48,321 nt of DNA from Candidatus Saccharimonadales bacterium (GCA_036378995.1 DASUVJ010000032.1:1-48321); one strand, 5' to 3'. Numbered from the stretch's first letter, positions 17,846 to 25,303 are shown. The notes: a model not told the origin generated them from the sequence alone. Numbers and translations: made by a program.

Positions 17846-18685
17846 CTACCTCTTCCTCTTCGCATCATGGCGACTTTTAACAATCAACTTGCTGACGTCT
17901 TTGCGTCGGCGAGTACGGTAACCAAGTGTCAGCTGACCCCATGGAGTGCGTGGTGGTTTACCACTACCATGACGACCACCGTCACCACCACCGTGTGGGT
18001 GGTCTGCGGCGTTCATGACAACACCACGGACAGTCGGGCGGATACCCTTGCGGCGCTTGCGTCCGGCTGAACCGACCTTGATGTTTTGGTGCTGAACGTT
18101 ACCGACGATACCGAGTGCAGCAGTCGCTTCCAGGCGGAAACGGCGAACTTCACCAGATGGCAGCTTCACAAGAGCGTAGTCGCCTTCTTTAGCCATCAGC
18201 TGAGCTTTAGTGCCAGCTGAGCGAACCATCTGAGCACCCTTTCCTGGGTTGATTTCGATCGCGTAGATCTGTGAACCAACAGGAATCTTAGCCAGTGGCA
18301 TACGGTTTGAAGATTCGATAGGTGCGTCTTCACCGCTAGAAATTACCTTACCCTTGGTCATGCTGGTGTCAGCGAGGATGTAGTGGTACAGACCGTGCTG
18401 GTCCTTTACGCGGGCAATGCGTGCAGAACGGTTCGGGTCGTATTCGATTTCCTCGACAGTTACAGTCAAGCCAGGAGCAAGACGGTGGTTAACAAGACGA
18501 TAGTGACGCTTTACACCACCACCACGGTGACGGACAGTAATGCGACCAGTGTTGTTACGACCAGCGTTCTGCTTTTTGCTCTTGATAAGGCTTTTTAGCG
18601 GCTTGCGAGTTGTAATTTCACTGTAGTCTTCAGTGGTCATGCCACGGCGTGCAGGAGTAGTCGGGTTATATGCTTTGATTGGCAT
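17846..18685 (-). CDS. rplB: 50S ribosomal protein L2
   Basis: 279 aa. AADHPHGGGDGGRHGSGKP. Confidence 0.97.
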   Translation of the reverse strand: MPIKAYNPTTPARRGMTTEDYSEITTRKPLKSLIKSKKQNAGRNNTGRITVRHRGGGVKRHYRLVNHRLAPGLTVTVEEIEYDPNRSARIARVKDQHGLYHYILADTSMTKGKVISSGEDAPIESSNRMPLAKIPVGSQIYAIEINPGKGAQMVRSAGTKAQLMAKEGDYALVKLPSGEVRRFRLEATAALGIVGNVQHQNIKVGSAGRKRRKGIRPTVRGVVMNAADHPHGGGDGGRHGSGKPPRTPWGQLTLGYRTRRRKDVSKLIVKSRHDAKRKR

Positions 18686-18999
18686 TACTTCTTCTCCTCT
18701 TCCGTAGGCGTATCAAATACCTGGATGCTGTCGCCCTGGGCAAGCGTTACGTAAGCCTTCTTAGAATCCTTACGAGTCGTCGTGCCTGGGTAACGGTTCT
18801 TACCGCGTGAGAAACGCACGGCCTTACCGCTTTGCACCAATGTCTTGATACCGGTTACTTTTACTTGGAACTGGGTTTCCACGGCTGCAGCAATTTCTTG
18901 TTTGTTTGCAGTAAGTGGAACATTAAATACGTAAACATTTTTTTGCGACTGGCCATAAGCCTTTTCAGTCGCGCGTGGGATAACGCTGATAGAAGTCAT
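18685..18999 (-). CDS. rplW: 50S ribosomal protein L23
   Basis: 104 aa, between rplD and rplB. VFNVPLTANKQEIAAAVE. Confidence 0.96.
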   Translation of the reverse strand: MTSISVIPRATEKAYGQSQKNVYVFNVPLTANKQEIAAAVETQFQVKVTGIKTLVQSGKAVRFSRGKNRYPGTTTRKDSKKAYVTLAQGDSIQVFDTPTEEEKK

Positions 19000-19000
19000 A

Positions 19001-19615
19001 TTACGCCTCCTCCTTCACGAGCCAGTTTTTAATTGTCTCGATAGAAGCTGGTGAAATAACGATCTTGTCTGCGTTAAGGATGTGGTAAACACTCAGGTAC
19101 GTGCTGCGGATAAGCAGTGCGTTCTGGATGTTAGCTGTCGCGCGGATAAGTTCCGGTGTCTTTTCGTCGACAACGATCAGAACGCGGCGGTCCATCTTGT
19201 TGTCAGCTAGGAACTTAGCGACTTCGGCAGTTTTACCAGTAGTCTTTACGTCAGTGACGACGATCTTGCCAGCCTTTTCAGCCAGTGTCAGCGCCTGCTT
19301 TACAGCGACACGCTTGCTGGTTGTCGATAGCTTCTTGGTGTAGTTTTCGTTACCGCGTGGACCGAAAACGATACCACCACCGCGCCAGATTGGGTTTCGG
19401 CTTGAACCGAAACGTGCGCGACCGGTACCCTTTTGCTTCCAAGGCTTCTTACCACCACCACGGACTTCACCGCGCTGCTTGGTAGTCGCGCTTGCAAGAC
19501 GGTTGTTCGCGAGGAACGAATCGTATGCCAGCTTCAACAGTTCGTGGTTTTCAACCTCTACTGCGAAGACTTCTTTAGGAAGAGCAGTTTTAGCTGCTTT
19601 TGTTGTCTCAGCCAT
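19001..19615 (-). CDS. rplD: 50S ribosomal protein L4
   Basis: 204 aa. KQKGTGRARFGSSRNPIWRGGG. Confidence 0.97.
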   Translation of the reverse strand: MAETTKAAKTALPKEVFAVEVENHELLKLAYDSFLANNRLASATTKQRGEVRGGGKKPWKQKGTGRARFGSSRNPIWRGGGIVFGPRGNENYTKKLSTTSKRVAVKQALTLAEKAGKIVVTDVKTTGKTAEVAKFLADNKMDRRVLIVVDEKTPELIRATANIQNALLIRSTYLSVYHILNADKIVISPASIETIKNWLVKEEA

Positions 19616-20229
19616 TATGCCTTACCTCCGATAATAATCAGACCCTTCTTTGGTCCAGGTACTGCACCCTTAAGGCCGATAAGGTTTGAAGCGGCGTCAA
19701 CATAGGCAACCTCGAGGTTTTTAACAGTAACGCGGTCGTGACCCATACGGCCAGCCATGCGCTTACCCTTAAAGACCTTCTGAGGATACATTGATCCGAT
19801 CGAACCCGGCTTACGGACGTTACCGTTACCACCGTGAGTCTTCTTGCTGGTGTTAAAGTTATGTCGTTTTACCGTACCGGCAAAACCTTTACCTTTGCTT
19901 GTACCTGTAGCGTCCACAACGTCGCCCAGTTCAAACTTAGTAACGTCAATCACATCGCCGACCTTAAGGTCTTCTGGCAGTGCTTCGACGCGGAATTCCC
20001 GAATGTGCTTCGGGGTCACTTTGGCTGTTTGTGTATGACCAGCCACGGCCTTGCTCAGGTTCTTACCCTCACCATATGCCACCTGGACTGCGTTGTAGCC
20101 GTCGGTTTCGACAGACTTGACCTGAGTCACAGTCACGGGGCCAGCTTGAATAAGCGTGACAGGAATAGTCGCGCCGTTCTCGCTGATGATTTGGGTCATA
20201 CCAATTTTGGTACCGAGAAGTGCTTTCAT
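19615..20229 (-). CDS. rplC: 50S ribosomal protein L3
   Basis: Best start is ATG 20229 (204 aa): MKALLGTKIGMTQI, with a GGGAGCAAGAGGG RBS. Track start 20301 is an upstream extension. Confidence 0.96.
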   Translation of the reverse strand: MKALLGTKIGMTQIISENGATIPVTLIQAGPVTVTQVKSVETDGYNAVQVAYGEGKNLSKAVAGHTQTAKVTPKHIREFRVEALPEDLKVGDVIDVTKFELGDVVDATGTSKGKGFAGTVKRHNFNTSKKTHGGNGNVRKPGSIGSMYPQKVFKGKRMAGRMGHDRVTVKNLEVAYVDAASNLIGLKGAVPGPKKGLIIIGGKA

Positions 20230-20336
20230 TGCCCTCTTGCTCCCACTTAAAATTCTTGGTGGCCGGCAGTATCTACAGATATAGACTGACCAATTCACCA
20301 AGAACGAGTTGTTATTACGTAATAAGTTACCTCCTT

Positions 20337-20365
20337 AATATAGCACACTCTCTGTTAAACGTCAA
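20337..20365 (-). promoter_or_regulatory. sigma70-type promoter driving rplC and the downstream S10/spc genes
   Basis: Minus strand reads TTGACG (20360-20365) - 17 nt - TATATT (20337-20342), about 100 nt upstream of the rplC ATG. Confidence 0.7.
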
Positions 20366-20395
20366 TAATGCACGGGTCGTTTTACCTCTAGTAGA

Positions 20396-20875
20396 TTAAC
20401 GGCCGAAAAGTTGCGTATGGAGCTCTTCGTAATCGCGCAAATTCAGCAGGTCGATGCCGGCACGGCCTAGGGCATCCTGCTGCGGCTTTGTCATAGCCAG
20501 CGAGTCGTTAAATACTCGCATGATCTCGTCGTTGTGATCATCAGCCGCGATACGGTTGATCGAGAGCTTCGAGCAGCCGCCGCACTCGTGAATCAGCATT
20601 ACCTCTCCCTGCTTGCCCCATCCCTCTTGTTTGAATGTCAGGCCGATCGGCCGCATACCACCCAGGCATTCGGCGCGCCTGTCGCCTTTGTTTACATCGA
20701 CATGGCGTGACCATAAACAGAGGTTACAATGGTTACGGTTGATAGTTCCCATAAAGTCGTTAATAACGACCCATGTCTTGCAATGCGAGCATTTAAATCC
20801 GCCCGCTTTATGCTCTTTGTTCCATTGCTGCTGTCTGTTTTTCTCATAGTTATCAAAGTGGCGTGTTGCGCCCAT
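20396..20875 (-). CDS. RNHCP-domain zinc-ribbon protein
   Basis: Contains RNHCNLCLWSRHVD, CSHCKTW and ECGGC cysteine clusters. Best start is ATG 20875 (MGATRHF), with AAGGA 6 nt upstream. Track start 20893 lies in the U-run of the upstream terminator. Confidence 0.75.
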   Translation of the reverse strand: MGATRHFDNYEKNRQQQWNKEHKAGGFKCSHCKTWVVINDFMGTINRNHCNLCLWSRHVDVNKGDRRAECLGGMRPIGLTFKQEGWGKQGEVMLIHECGGCSKLSINRIAADDHNDEIMRVFNDSLAMTKPQQDALGRAGIDLLNLRDYEELHTQLFGR

Positions 20876-20891
20876 AAAAATCCTTGCCATC

Positions 20892-20914
20892 ACAAAAACC
20901 AGCTCGCGGCTGGT
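20892..20914 (-). terminator. intrinsic terminator upstream of the RNHCP gene and downstream of island 1
   Basis: Minus strand reads ACCAGC-cgcga-GCTGGT followed by TTTTTGTG. Confidence 0.65.
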
Positions 20915-21088
20915 CTCTGGTTAGCAAAAGGCTATTTTACAGTGATAAGAGATAAACGGATATTATTTATGACCAGCCGAAAAGACCCTTGGAAAGGGCT
21001 TGTGCTGACACAATGGTTGATTTATATCCGTTGTTTACCATACCCGAAGATAATACAAAATAATTTCAATAGGGTCAACAGGGACCTT

Positions 21089-21125
21089 GCGGGCAGGACT
21101 GGCAACGTGCACCAGCCCCGCCCGC
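21089..21125 (-). terminator. GC-rich hairpin 3' of the island-1 ORF (no U-run)
   Basis: GCGGGC (21089-21094) pairs with GCCCGC (21120-21125), with an inner CTGG/CCAG stem. Confidence 0.4.
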
Positions 21126-21130
21126 TTCCT

Positions 21131-21622
21131 TCAGGCCGCCTTGACGGTTTCCAGGCAGACGCCCTCCTTGCGGTCGGCGCGCCAGACACAGGCCGTGATC
21201 GGCTCGCCAGGCTCGGCGTGAACCCCCACTGTCCAGGCTTCGAGGACGGGGTTCCCCGGCTCGGAGGGCTGCGGCTTCGCGACCCTGCCGTTCACCGAGA
21301 TCTCCACCTCGAAGGGCGCCTGGTTGTCCGCATCGGGCTGGAAGCGCACCCAGTAGATGCCGGAGCACGCTGCGGGGTTGGACTTGCGCAGCCCCAGGGA
21401 GCCGTGCGGACCTTCCGCGACCTTCACGGGCTTGGCGGGCACGGCGTCGACTGCGTTCTTGTCGCAGCCCGTGTCGGTCACCTCCTTGCCCGAGCAGTCC
21501 TCAGCGCAGGCCGCTGCTGTCGTGAGAGGATCCTCGGACGACTCGTCATCCCCACTGGAGCATCCTGCTGCGAGGAGCGCCGCGAGGATGACCACTGTCA
21601 GGCCTCTGCGACCGTTTAGCAT
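21131..21622 (-). CDS. secreted lipoprotein with actinobacterial-type codon usage; Cys pattern reminiscent of DUF2690
   Basis: Start ATG 21622 is preferred because GAAGGTGGTGA lies upstream; the track start is 21640. The protein starts MLNGRRGLTVVILAALLAAGCSSG, a signal peptide plus lipobox Cys. It also contains GSLGLRKSNPAACSGIYWVRF and a C-terminal ACVW...GVC. Third codon positions show strong G/C bias. Confidence 0.7.
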   Translation of the reverse strand: MLNGRRGLTVVILAALLAAGCSSGDDESSEDPLTTAAACAEDCSGKEVTDTGCDKNAVDAVPAKPVKVAEGPHGSLGLRKSNPAACSGIYWVRFQPDADNQAPFEVEISVNGRVAKPQPSEPGNPVLEAWTVGVHAEPGEPITACVWRADRKEGVCLETVKAA

Positions 21623-21693
21623 GGCGTTCACCACCTTCATCTGAAGAGGAGCAGCACAGCGCCGCCCCTTTCTAATAGTATGCCACGGTTAGT

Positions 21694-22026
21694 CTAGATA
21701 ATCACACCCGTAGGTGAAAAAGCGCACACGATCGTAACGATAATAAGGATTGCGTACCAGATTTTGCGATCCGCCTGGTACTTCTCAAACCGATTCACTA
21801 AAAAGAGGCCGAGTATCATTCCTACCGGTATCGCCGTAAGTGTAAAACCCATCCACTCAACGGGCTGAGCAAACCGGAGCCAAAATGTACCGAGCAGTAC
21901 GAATACCACGAGTTTTAAGAAGTATGTTCCGTCGGACTCAAAGACCTTCTCGTAGCCCCTACGACTGACGGCAGCGGCACGGTTCCGGGCGTAGGTTCGG
22001 GGTCGTTTTTGTTTTGTCGTTGCCAT
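21694..22026 (-). CDS. small membrane protein (110 aa, about 3 TM segments) with a basic N-terminus
   Basis: Best start is ATG 22026 (MATTKQKRPRTYARNR...). A TATACT -10 box lies 7 nt upstream. The track start at 22170 is an extension. Confidence 0.65.
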   Translation of the reverse strand: MATTKQKRPRTYARNRAAAVSRRGYEKVFESDGTYFLKLVVFVLLGTFWLRFAQPVEWMGFTLTAIPVGMILGLFLVNRFEKYQADRKIWYAILIIVTIVCAFSPTGVII

Positions 22027-22033
22027 TTGTCCT

Positions 22034-22062
22034 AGTATACCAAGCTCTATTAATAGGCACAA
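22034..22062 (-). promoter_or_regulatory. leaderless-type promoter for the 21694..22026 gene
   Basis: TTGTGC (22057-22062) - 17 nt - TATACT (22034-22039) - 7 nt - ATG. Confidence 0.55.
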
Positions 22063-22123
22063 ACGTGTTGCAAGGCTCGAACTCATGGGCCATACTGTAA
22101 ATAACATAATGAAGGAGTGCCTT

Positions 22124-22396
22124 ATGGCAGCAACCACAAAAAAACCAGCAGCCAAAAAGACGAGCCGCAAACCGGTTCATAAGGGGTACCGTTCCTTTAA
22201 AAAAGCTCGCCGTGCCGAACCGTTTTTTACATTTGAATTCACGCAGCAAACGGTCTACTGGCTTATCCTGGGGCTTCTTGTCATAGGGCTCGGCGCTTGG
22301 GTAATGACATTGAACATGAAGGTTCAAGCAATCTACGACCAAGTCGAGCAAGATTCAACCCTCGTTCATCCGGCCGAGACAAAAAACGAACAGTAA
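22124..22396 (+). CDS. small single-pass membrane protein (90 aa) with a basic N-terminus
   Basis: Best start is ATG 22124, with GAAGGAG 7 nt upstream: MAATTKKPAAKKTSRKPVHKGYRSFKK...WLILGLLVIGLGAWVMTL. Confidence 0.65.
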   Translation: MAATTKKPAAKKTSRKPVHKGYRSFKKARRAEPFFTFEFTQQTVYWLILGLLVIGLGAWVMTLNMKVQAIYDQVEQDSTLVHPAETKNEQ

Positions 22397-22401
22397 ACTA
22401 C

Positions 22402-22432
22402 AAAAACCGCCCCGGTTAGAGGCGGTTTTTTT
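22402..22432. terminator. bidirectional intrinsic terminator (convergent membrane gene and rpsJ)
   Basis: aaaaaccgcc (22402-22411) pairs with ggcggttttt (22421-22430), and further T residues follow. Confidence 0.85.
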
Positions 22433-22445
22433 ATGATCTGCACTA

Positions 22446-22769
22446 TTACATGCGGATTTCTGCATCAACACCAGCTGGGAGGCTGAGGTTCTGCAGGCTG
22501 TCGATAGTCTTTGGAGTCGCGTTCGTGATGTCAATAAGACGCTTGTGAACACGCATTTCAAAGGTTTCACCACCAGTTTTGTAAACGTGAGGTGACTTTA
22601 CAACAGTGTAAGTGCTGCGGCGAGTTGGCAATGGAACTGGGCCTGCAATGCTTGCGCCAGTACGGATAGCCGTGTCGATAATTTGCTTTGCTGACTGGTC
22701 AATAACCTTGTGGTCATAGGCCTTCAGGCGGATACGGATACGTAGACCCGCTTCTTTTGCATCTGCCAT
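22446..22769 (-). CDS. rpsJ: 30S ribosomal protein S10
   Basis: Best start is ATG 22769 ([25 protein letters not shown]), with AAAGGAG upstream. Track start is 22790. Confidence 0.96.
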   Translation of the reverse strand: MADAKEAGLRIRIRLKAYDHKVIDQSAKQIIDTAIRTGASIAGPVPLPTRRSTYTVVKSPHVYKTGGETFEMRVHKRLIDITNATPKTIDSLQNLSLPAGVDAEIRM

Positions 22770-22867
22770 AGATGTCTCCTTTGTGTGCAATTCCGTAACC
22801 TCTGCTCGAATCGTGCTCTAAGGCTATCGTCTGGCTGAGTTCTCGGAATAATTAGTAATACAGAGGT

Positions 22868-22897
22868 ACTATAGCATATCAGACTGTATTTTTACAA
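22868..22897 (-). promoter_or_regulatory. promoter for rpsJ
   Basis: Minus strand reads TTGTAA (22892-22897) - 18 nt - TATAGT (22868-22873), about 95 nt upstream of the rpsJ ATG. Confidence 0.55.
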
Positions 22898-22903
22898 ATA
22901 TTA

Positions 22904-22932
22904 TTGACATATCGGCTTAATAGTTTTAATAT
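22904..22932 (+). promoter_or_regulatory. near-consensus sigma70-type promoter facing the island-2 ORF
   Basis: TTGACA (22904-22909) - 17 nt - TATAAT-like TAATAT (22927-22932). The AAGGGGGA RBS precedes ATG 22969. Confidence 0.65.
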
Positions 22933-22950
22933 ACTCCAGTCAGAGTAACC

Positions 22951-23400
22951 GAACCCCAAGGGGGACGCATGACCACCGAGGCAATGCCGGTGCGGGATTT
23001 CCGCGCTGTCGTACCGTTCACCACCATCCCGGATGCCCTCCACCACGTGAGGGGCGAACGGATGTGGAGCACGGCGACGGAGCTCCAGACCGACGGAGGC
23101 CGCATGGCATGGCCCGCCAACGGCACGCTCGTCATCCACATGACGAACCTGCCCGAGGACGGCCGGGAGCTCGCCAGAGCGATCCGTGACATGTTCGAGA
23201 CCATCGACGAGCAGGGCTTCGTGGACTTCCCCGTGAGCACCGTGCGCGTCGACCACCGATCGGACGAGATCCGTGTCGTCGGCGACAAGAGCCGCGCGAA
23301 GCTCATGTGGCCCATGCCCGACTGACACCTTCACCACCCCGCAGTACCCGTACGAGCGAGCCCCAATCGGCACCTCCGGGTGTCGAGCGGGGTTTTCGCT
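22951..23400. other. GC-rich compositional island 2
   Basis: Line 23101-23160 has 40/60 G+C, against 18/60 for line 22861-22920. Three overlapping long ORFs on both strands. Confidence 0.85.
22969..23325 (+). CDS. orphan 118-aa protein with actinobacterial-type codon usage
   Basis: This is the only frame with G/C-dominated third positions and a balanced composition: MTTEAMPVRDFRAVVPFTTIPDALHHVRGERMW...RVVGDKSRAKLMWPMPD. It runs antisense to the flanking tuf/rpsJ genes. No family recognised. Confidence 0.65.
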   Translation: MTTEAMPVRDFRAVVPFTTIPDALHHVRGERMWSTATELQTDGGRMAWPANGTLVIHMTNLPEDGRELARAIRDMFETIDEQGFVDFPVSTVRVDHRSDEIRVVGDKSRAKLMWPMPD

Positions 23401-23420
23401 TGCCTTTTATTTTAAATACT

Positions 23421-23450
23421 AAAATACCTCCCTGTTACGGGAGGTATTTT
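23421..23450. terminator. bidirectional intrinsic terminator (tuf on minus, island-2 ORF on plus)
   Basis: aaaatacctccc (23421-23432) pairs with gggaggtatttt (23439-23450). Confidence 0.85.
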
Positions 23451-23469
23451 GTAGCAACTAGAGATCTAA

Positions 23470-24654
23470 TTACTTAGTGATGCTTGTAACAACACCAGCA
23501 CCAACGGTACGGCCACCTTCGCGGATAGCGAAGTTAAGACCCTGTTCCATGGCAATAGGAGCGAGCAGCTTAACCTTGAAGGTTACGGTGTCACCTGGCA
23601 TTACCATTTCTTTGTCAGCTGGAAGTTCAACTTCACCAGTTACGTCCGTAGTACGGAAGTAGAACTGTGGCTTGTAACCCTTAGAGAATGGAGTGTGGCG
23701 GCCGCCTTCTTCCTTCTTAAGGATGTAAACTTCAGCTTCAAACTCGGTGTGTGGAGTGATTGAACCTGGCTTAGCAAGGACCTGACCACGTTCGATCATG
23801 TCACGCTCGATACCACGAAGGAGAAGACCAGCGTTGTCACCAGCCTGACCTTGGTCAAGGTTCTTCTTGAATGCCTCAATACCAGTAACAACAGACTTCT
23901 GAGTTGCCTTAACGCCAACGATTTCAACTTCGTCGTTAAGCTTAACAACACCCTGTTCGATACGGCCGGTAGCAACAGTACCACGACCCTTGATTGAGAA
24001 TACGTCTTCAATAGGCATAAGGAATGGCTTATCAAGTTCGCGTGGTGGTTCTTCAACGTAAGTGTCAAGAGCCTTCACGAGTTCCATGATAGCGTCTTCG
24101 TTTGCAGCGTCACCTTCAAGAGCCTTAGTAGCAGAACCCTTAATGATTGGTGCGTTGTCACCGTCGTAGCCGTTCTTAGTAAGAAGTTCACGAACGTCCA
24201 TTTCAACTAGTTCAACTAGTTCTGGGTCAGCGAGGTCCATCTTGTTAAGGAAGACAACGATCTTAGGTACGTTAACCTGGTGTGCAAGCAGAACGTGTTC
24301 ACGGGTCTGTGGAAGTGGACCGTCGTTTGCAGCAACCACGAGGATTGCGCCGTCGATCTGAGCAGCACCGGTGATCATGTTCTTAACGTAGTCGGCGTGA
24401 CCTGGCATGTCGACGTGTGCGTAGTGACGAGTTTCTGACTCGTATTCCTGGTGAGATGATGCGATGGTAATACCACGTGCACGCTCTTCAGGCGCGTTGT
24501 CAATTTGGTCGTAAGCGATTGGCTTGTTTACATCGCTTGGGAGTTTCTTTGCAAGCACAGCTGTAATAGCGGCTGTCAAAGTAGTTTTACCGTGGTCAAC
24601 GTGACCCATAGTACCAACGTTGACATGCGGCTTGGTTCGATCGAAATCTGCCAT
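23470..24654 (-). CDS. tuf: elongation factor Tu
   Basis: 394 aa. [18 protein letters not shown] and NKMD GTPase motifs. Confidence 0.98.
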   Translation of the reverse strand: MADFDRTKPHVNVGTMGHVDHGKTTLTAAITAVLAKKLPSDVNKPIAYDQIDNAPEERARGITIASSHQEYESETRHYAHVDMPGHADYVKNMITGAAQIDGAILVVAANDGPLPQTREHVLLAHQVNVPKIVVFLNKMDLADPELVELVEMDVRELLTKNGYDGDNAPIIKGSATKALEGDAANEDAIMELVKALDTYVEEPPRELDKPFLMPIEDVFSIKGRGTVATGRIEQGVVKLNDEVEIVGVKATQKSVVTGIEAFKKNLDQGQAGDNAGLLLRGIERDMIERGQVLAKPGSITPHTEFEAEVYILKKEEGGRHTPFSKGYKPQFYFRTTDVTGEVELPADKEMVMPGDTVTFKVKLLAPIAMEQGLNFAIREGGRTVGAGVVTSITK

Positions 24655-24729
24655 TTGGGATTTTATCTCCTATTAATTATATTTCGTACGAGAGTCCATC
24701 AATAAAAGACTCCACGACGTATGAGGTAA

Positions 24730-24758
24730 ATTATACAGGGAAAATCCAGAGCTGTAAA
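24730..24758 (-). promoter_or_regulatory. strong promoter for tuf
   Basis: Minus strand reads TTTACA (24753-24758) - 17 nt - TATAAT (24730-24735). Confidence 0.7.
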
Positions 24759-24771
24759 CAGGTTCGTAAGA

Positions 24772-25281
24772 TTATCGATCCAAGAGATGGCGCGAGGATA
24801 GATCTTGATATTCTCCAAGCCCCGGCATCCACGGAAGATACCTGCCAACATCCCTTATACCTATAGCGCCTACTTTACGAATGACGTCCTCATCTGTCTG
24901 CCCGAGATCTTCATATTTCACCGTCAGATCCATGTCGGTTGAATCAATCGGCAGGTTAAGAAGCATCCTCACCTGGAGATAGGCGTCCGGCTGAGTAAGT
25001 GGCTCTTTTACGACGTAATAACCGATACATTCCAAGCCATCCTGAAATGGCGCAATGTCCAGGCCTGTTTCTTCGTTGACTTCGCGAACTGCCGTTGCCA
25101 CAAGTGTTTCACCTGGCTCAGGTTTGCCACCCGGAAGCTGCCAGTGCTGCCCATCTTTAGAGACGATGATCATCTGATTATCTTTGGTAAGTAACCAAAC
25201 ATATACCTGACGGACAGGGAGTTCTCTATCCGTAGTGGTGATTTCCGGACTGCTTACCCAAGTTCGTACAAATTCAGACAC
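24772..25281 (-). CDS. NUDIX hydrolase
   Basis: Contains the Nudix box GGKPEPGETLVATAVREVNEETG. GTG 25281, with AGAGGAG upstream, is preferred. The track ATG at 25341 would overlap the upstream gene by 38 nt. Confidence 0.85.
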   Translation of the reverse strand: MSEFVRTWVSSPEITTTDRELPVRQVYVWLLTKDNQMIIVSKDGQHWQLPGGKPEPGETLVATAVREVNEETGLDIAPFQDGLECIGYYVVKEPLTQPDAYLQVRMLLNLPIDSTDMDLTVKYEDLGQTDEDVIRKVGAIGIRDVGRYLPWMPGLGEYQDLSSRHLLDR

Positions 25282-25303
25282 CCCATCTCCTCTCTTTAGC
25301 TTG

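Larger units (their letters stand above)
21070..21670. other. GC-rich compositional island 1
   Basis: Line 21121-21180 has 42/60 G+C, against 24/60 for line 20941-21000. Four mutually overlapping long ORFs on both strands occur only here. Confidence 0.85.

Noticed and set aside
21045-21075. Similarity between the 3' junctions of islands 1 and 3 (gataatacaaaataatttcaataggg versus ataataacag..aataaattcaagttgtaggg at 34921-34957)
   Set aside because: The alignment needs several gaps in low-complexity AT-rich sequence and is not distinguishable from chance without statistics.
20729-21619. 296-aa plus-strand ORF spanning the RNHCP gene, the AT-rich spacer and island 1
   Set aside because: It runs antisense to two better-supported genes and crosses the compositional boundary. 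Inside the island it is the Arg/Gly/Leu/Ala-rich product typical of a wrong frame in high-GC DNA.
22798-22867. A 7-bp stem (22798-22804 with 22861-22867) as an S10 leader structure
   Set aside because: The upstream arm lies between the predicted -10 box and the TSS. It would probably not be transcribed from that promoter.
22879-23373. Minus-strand ORFs 22879..23373 and 22926..23315 in island 2
   Set aside because: These are shadow frames of the plus-strand ORF. Their composition is His/Val/Asp/Gly/Arg-heavy, they lack the G/C third-position bias, and they have no RBS.
23453-23460. The 8-mer AGCAACTA near three islands (23453, 35433, 45270) and inverted at 46034, as a possible common attachment site
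   Set aside because: One or two occurrences are expected by chance. The flanking bases do not align, and island 1 has no copy. Only the 45262/46033 pair is a real extended repeat.
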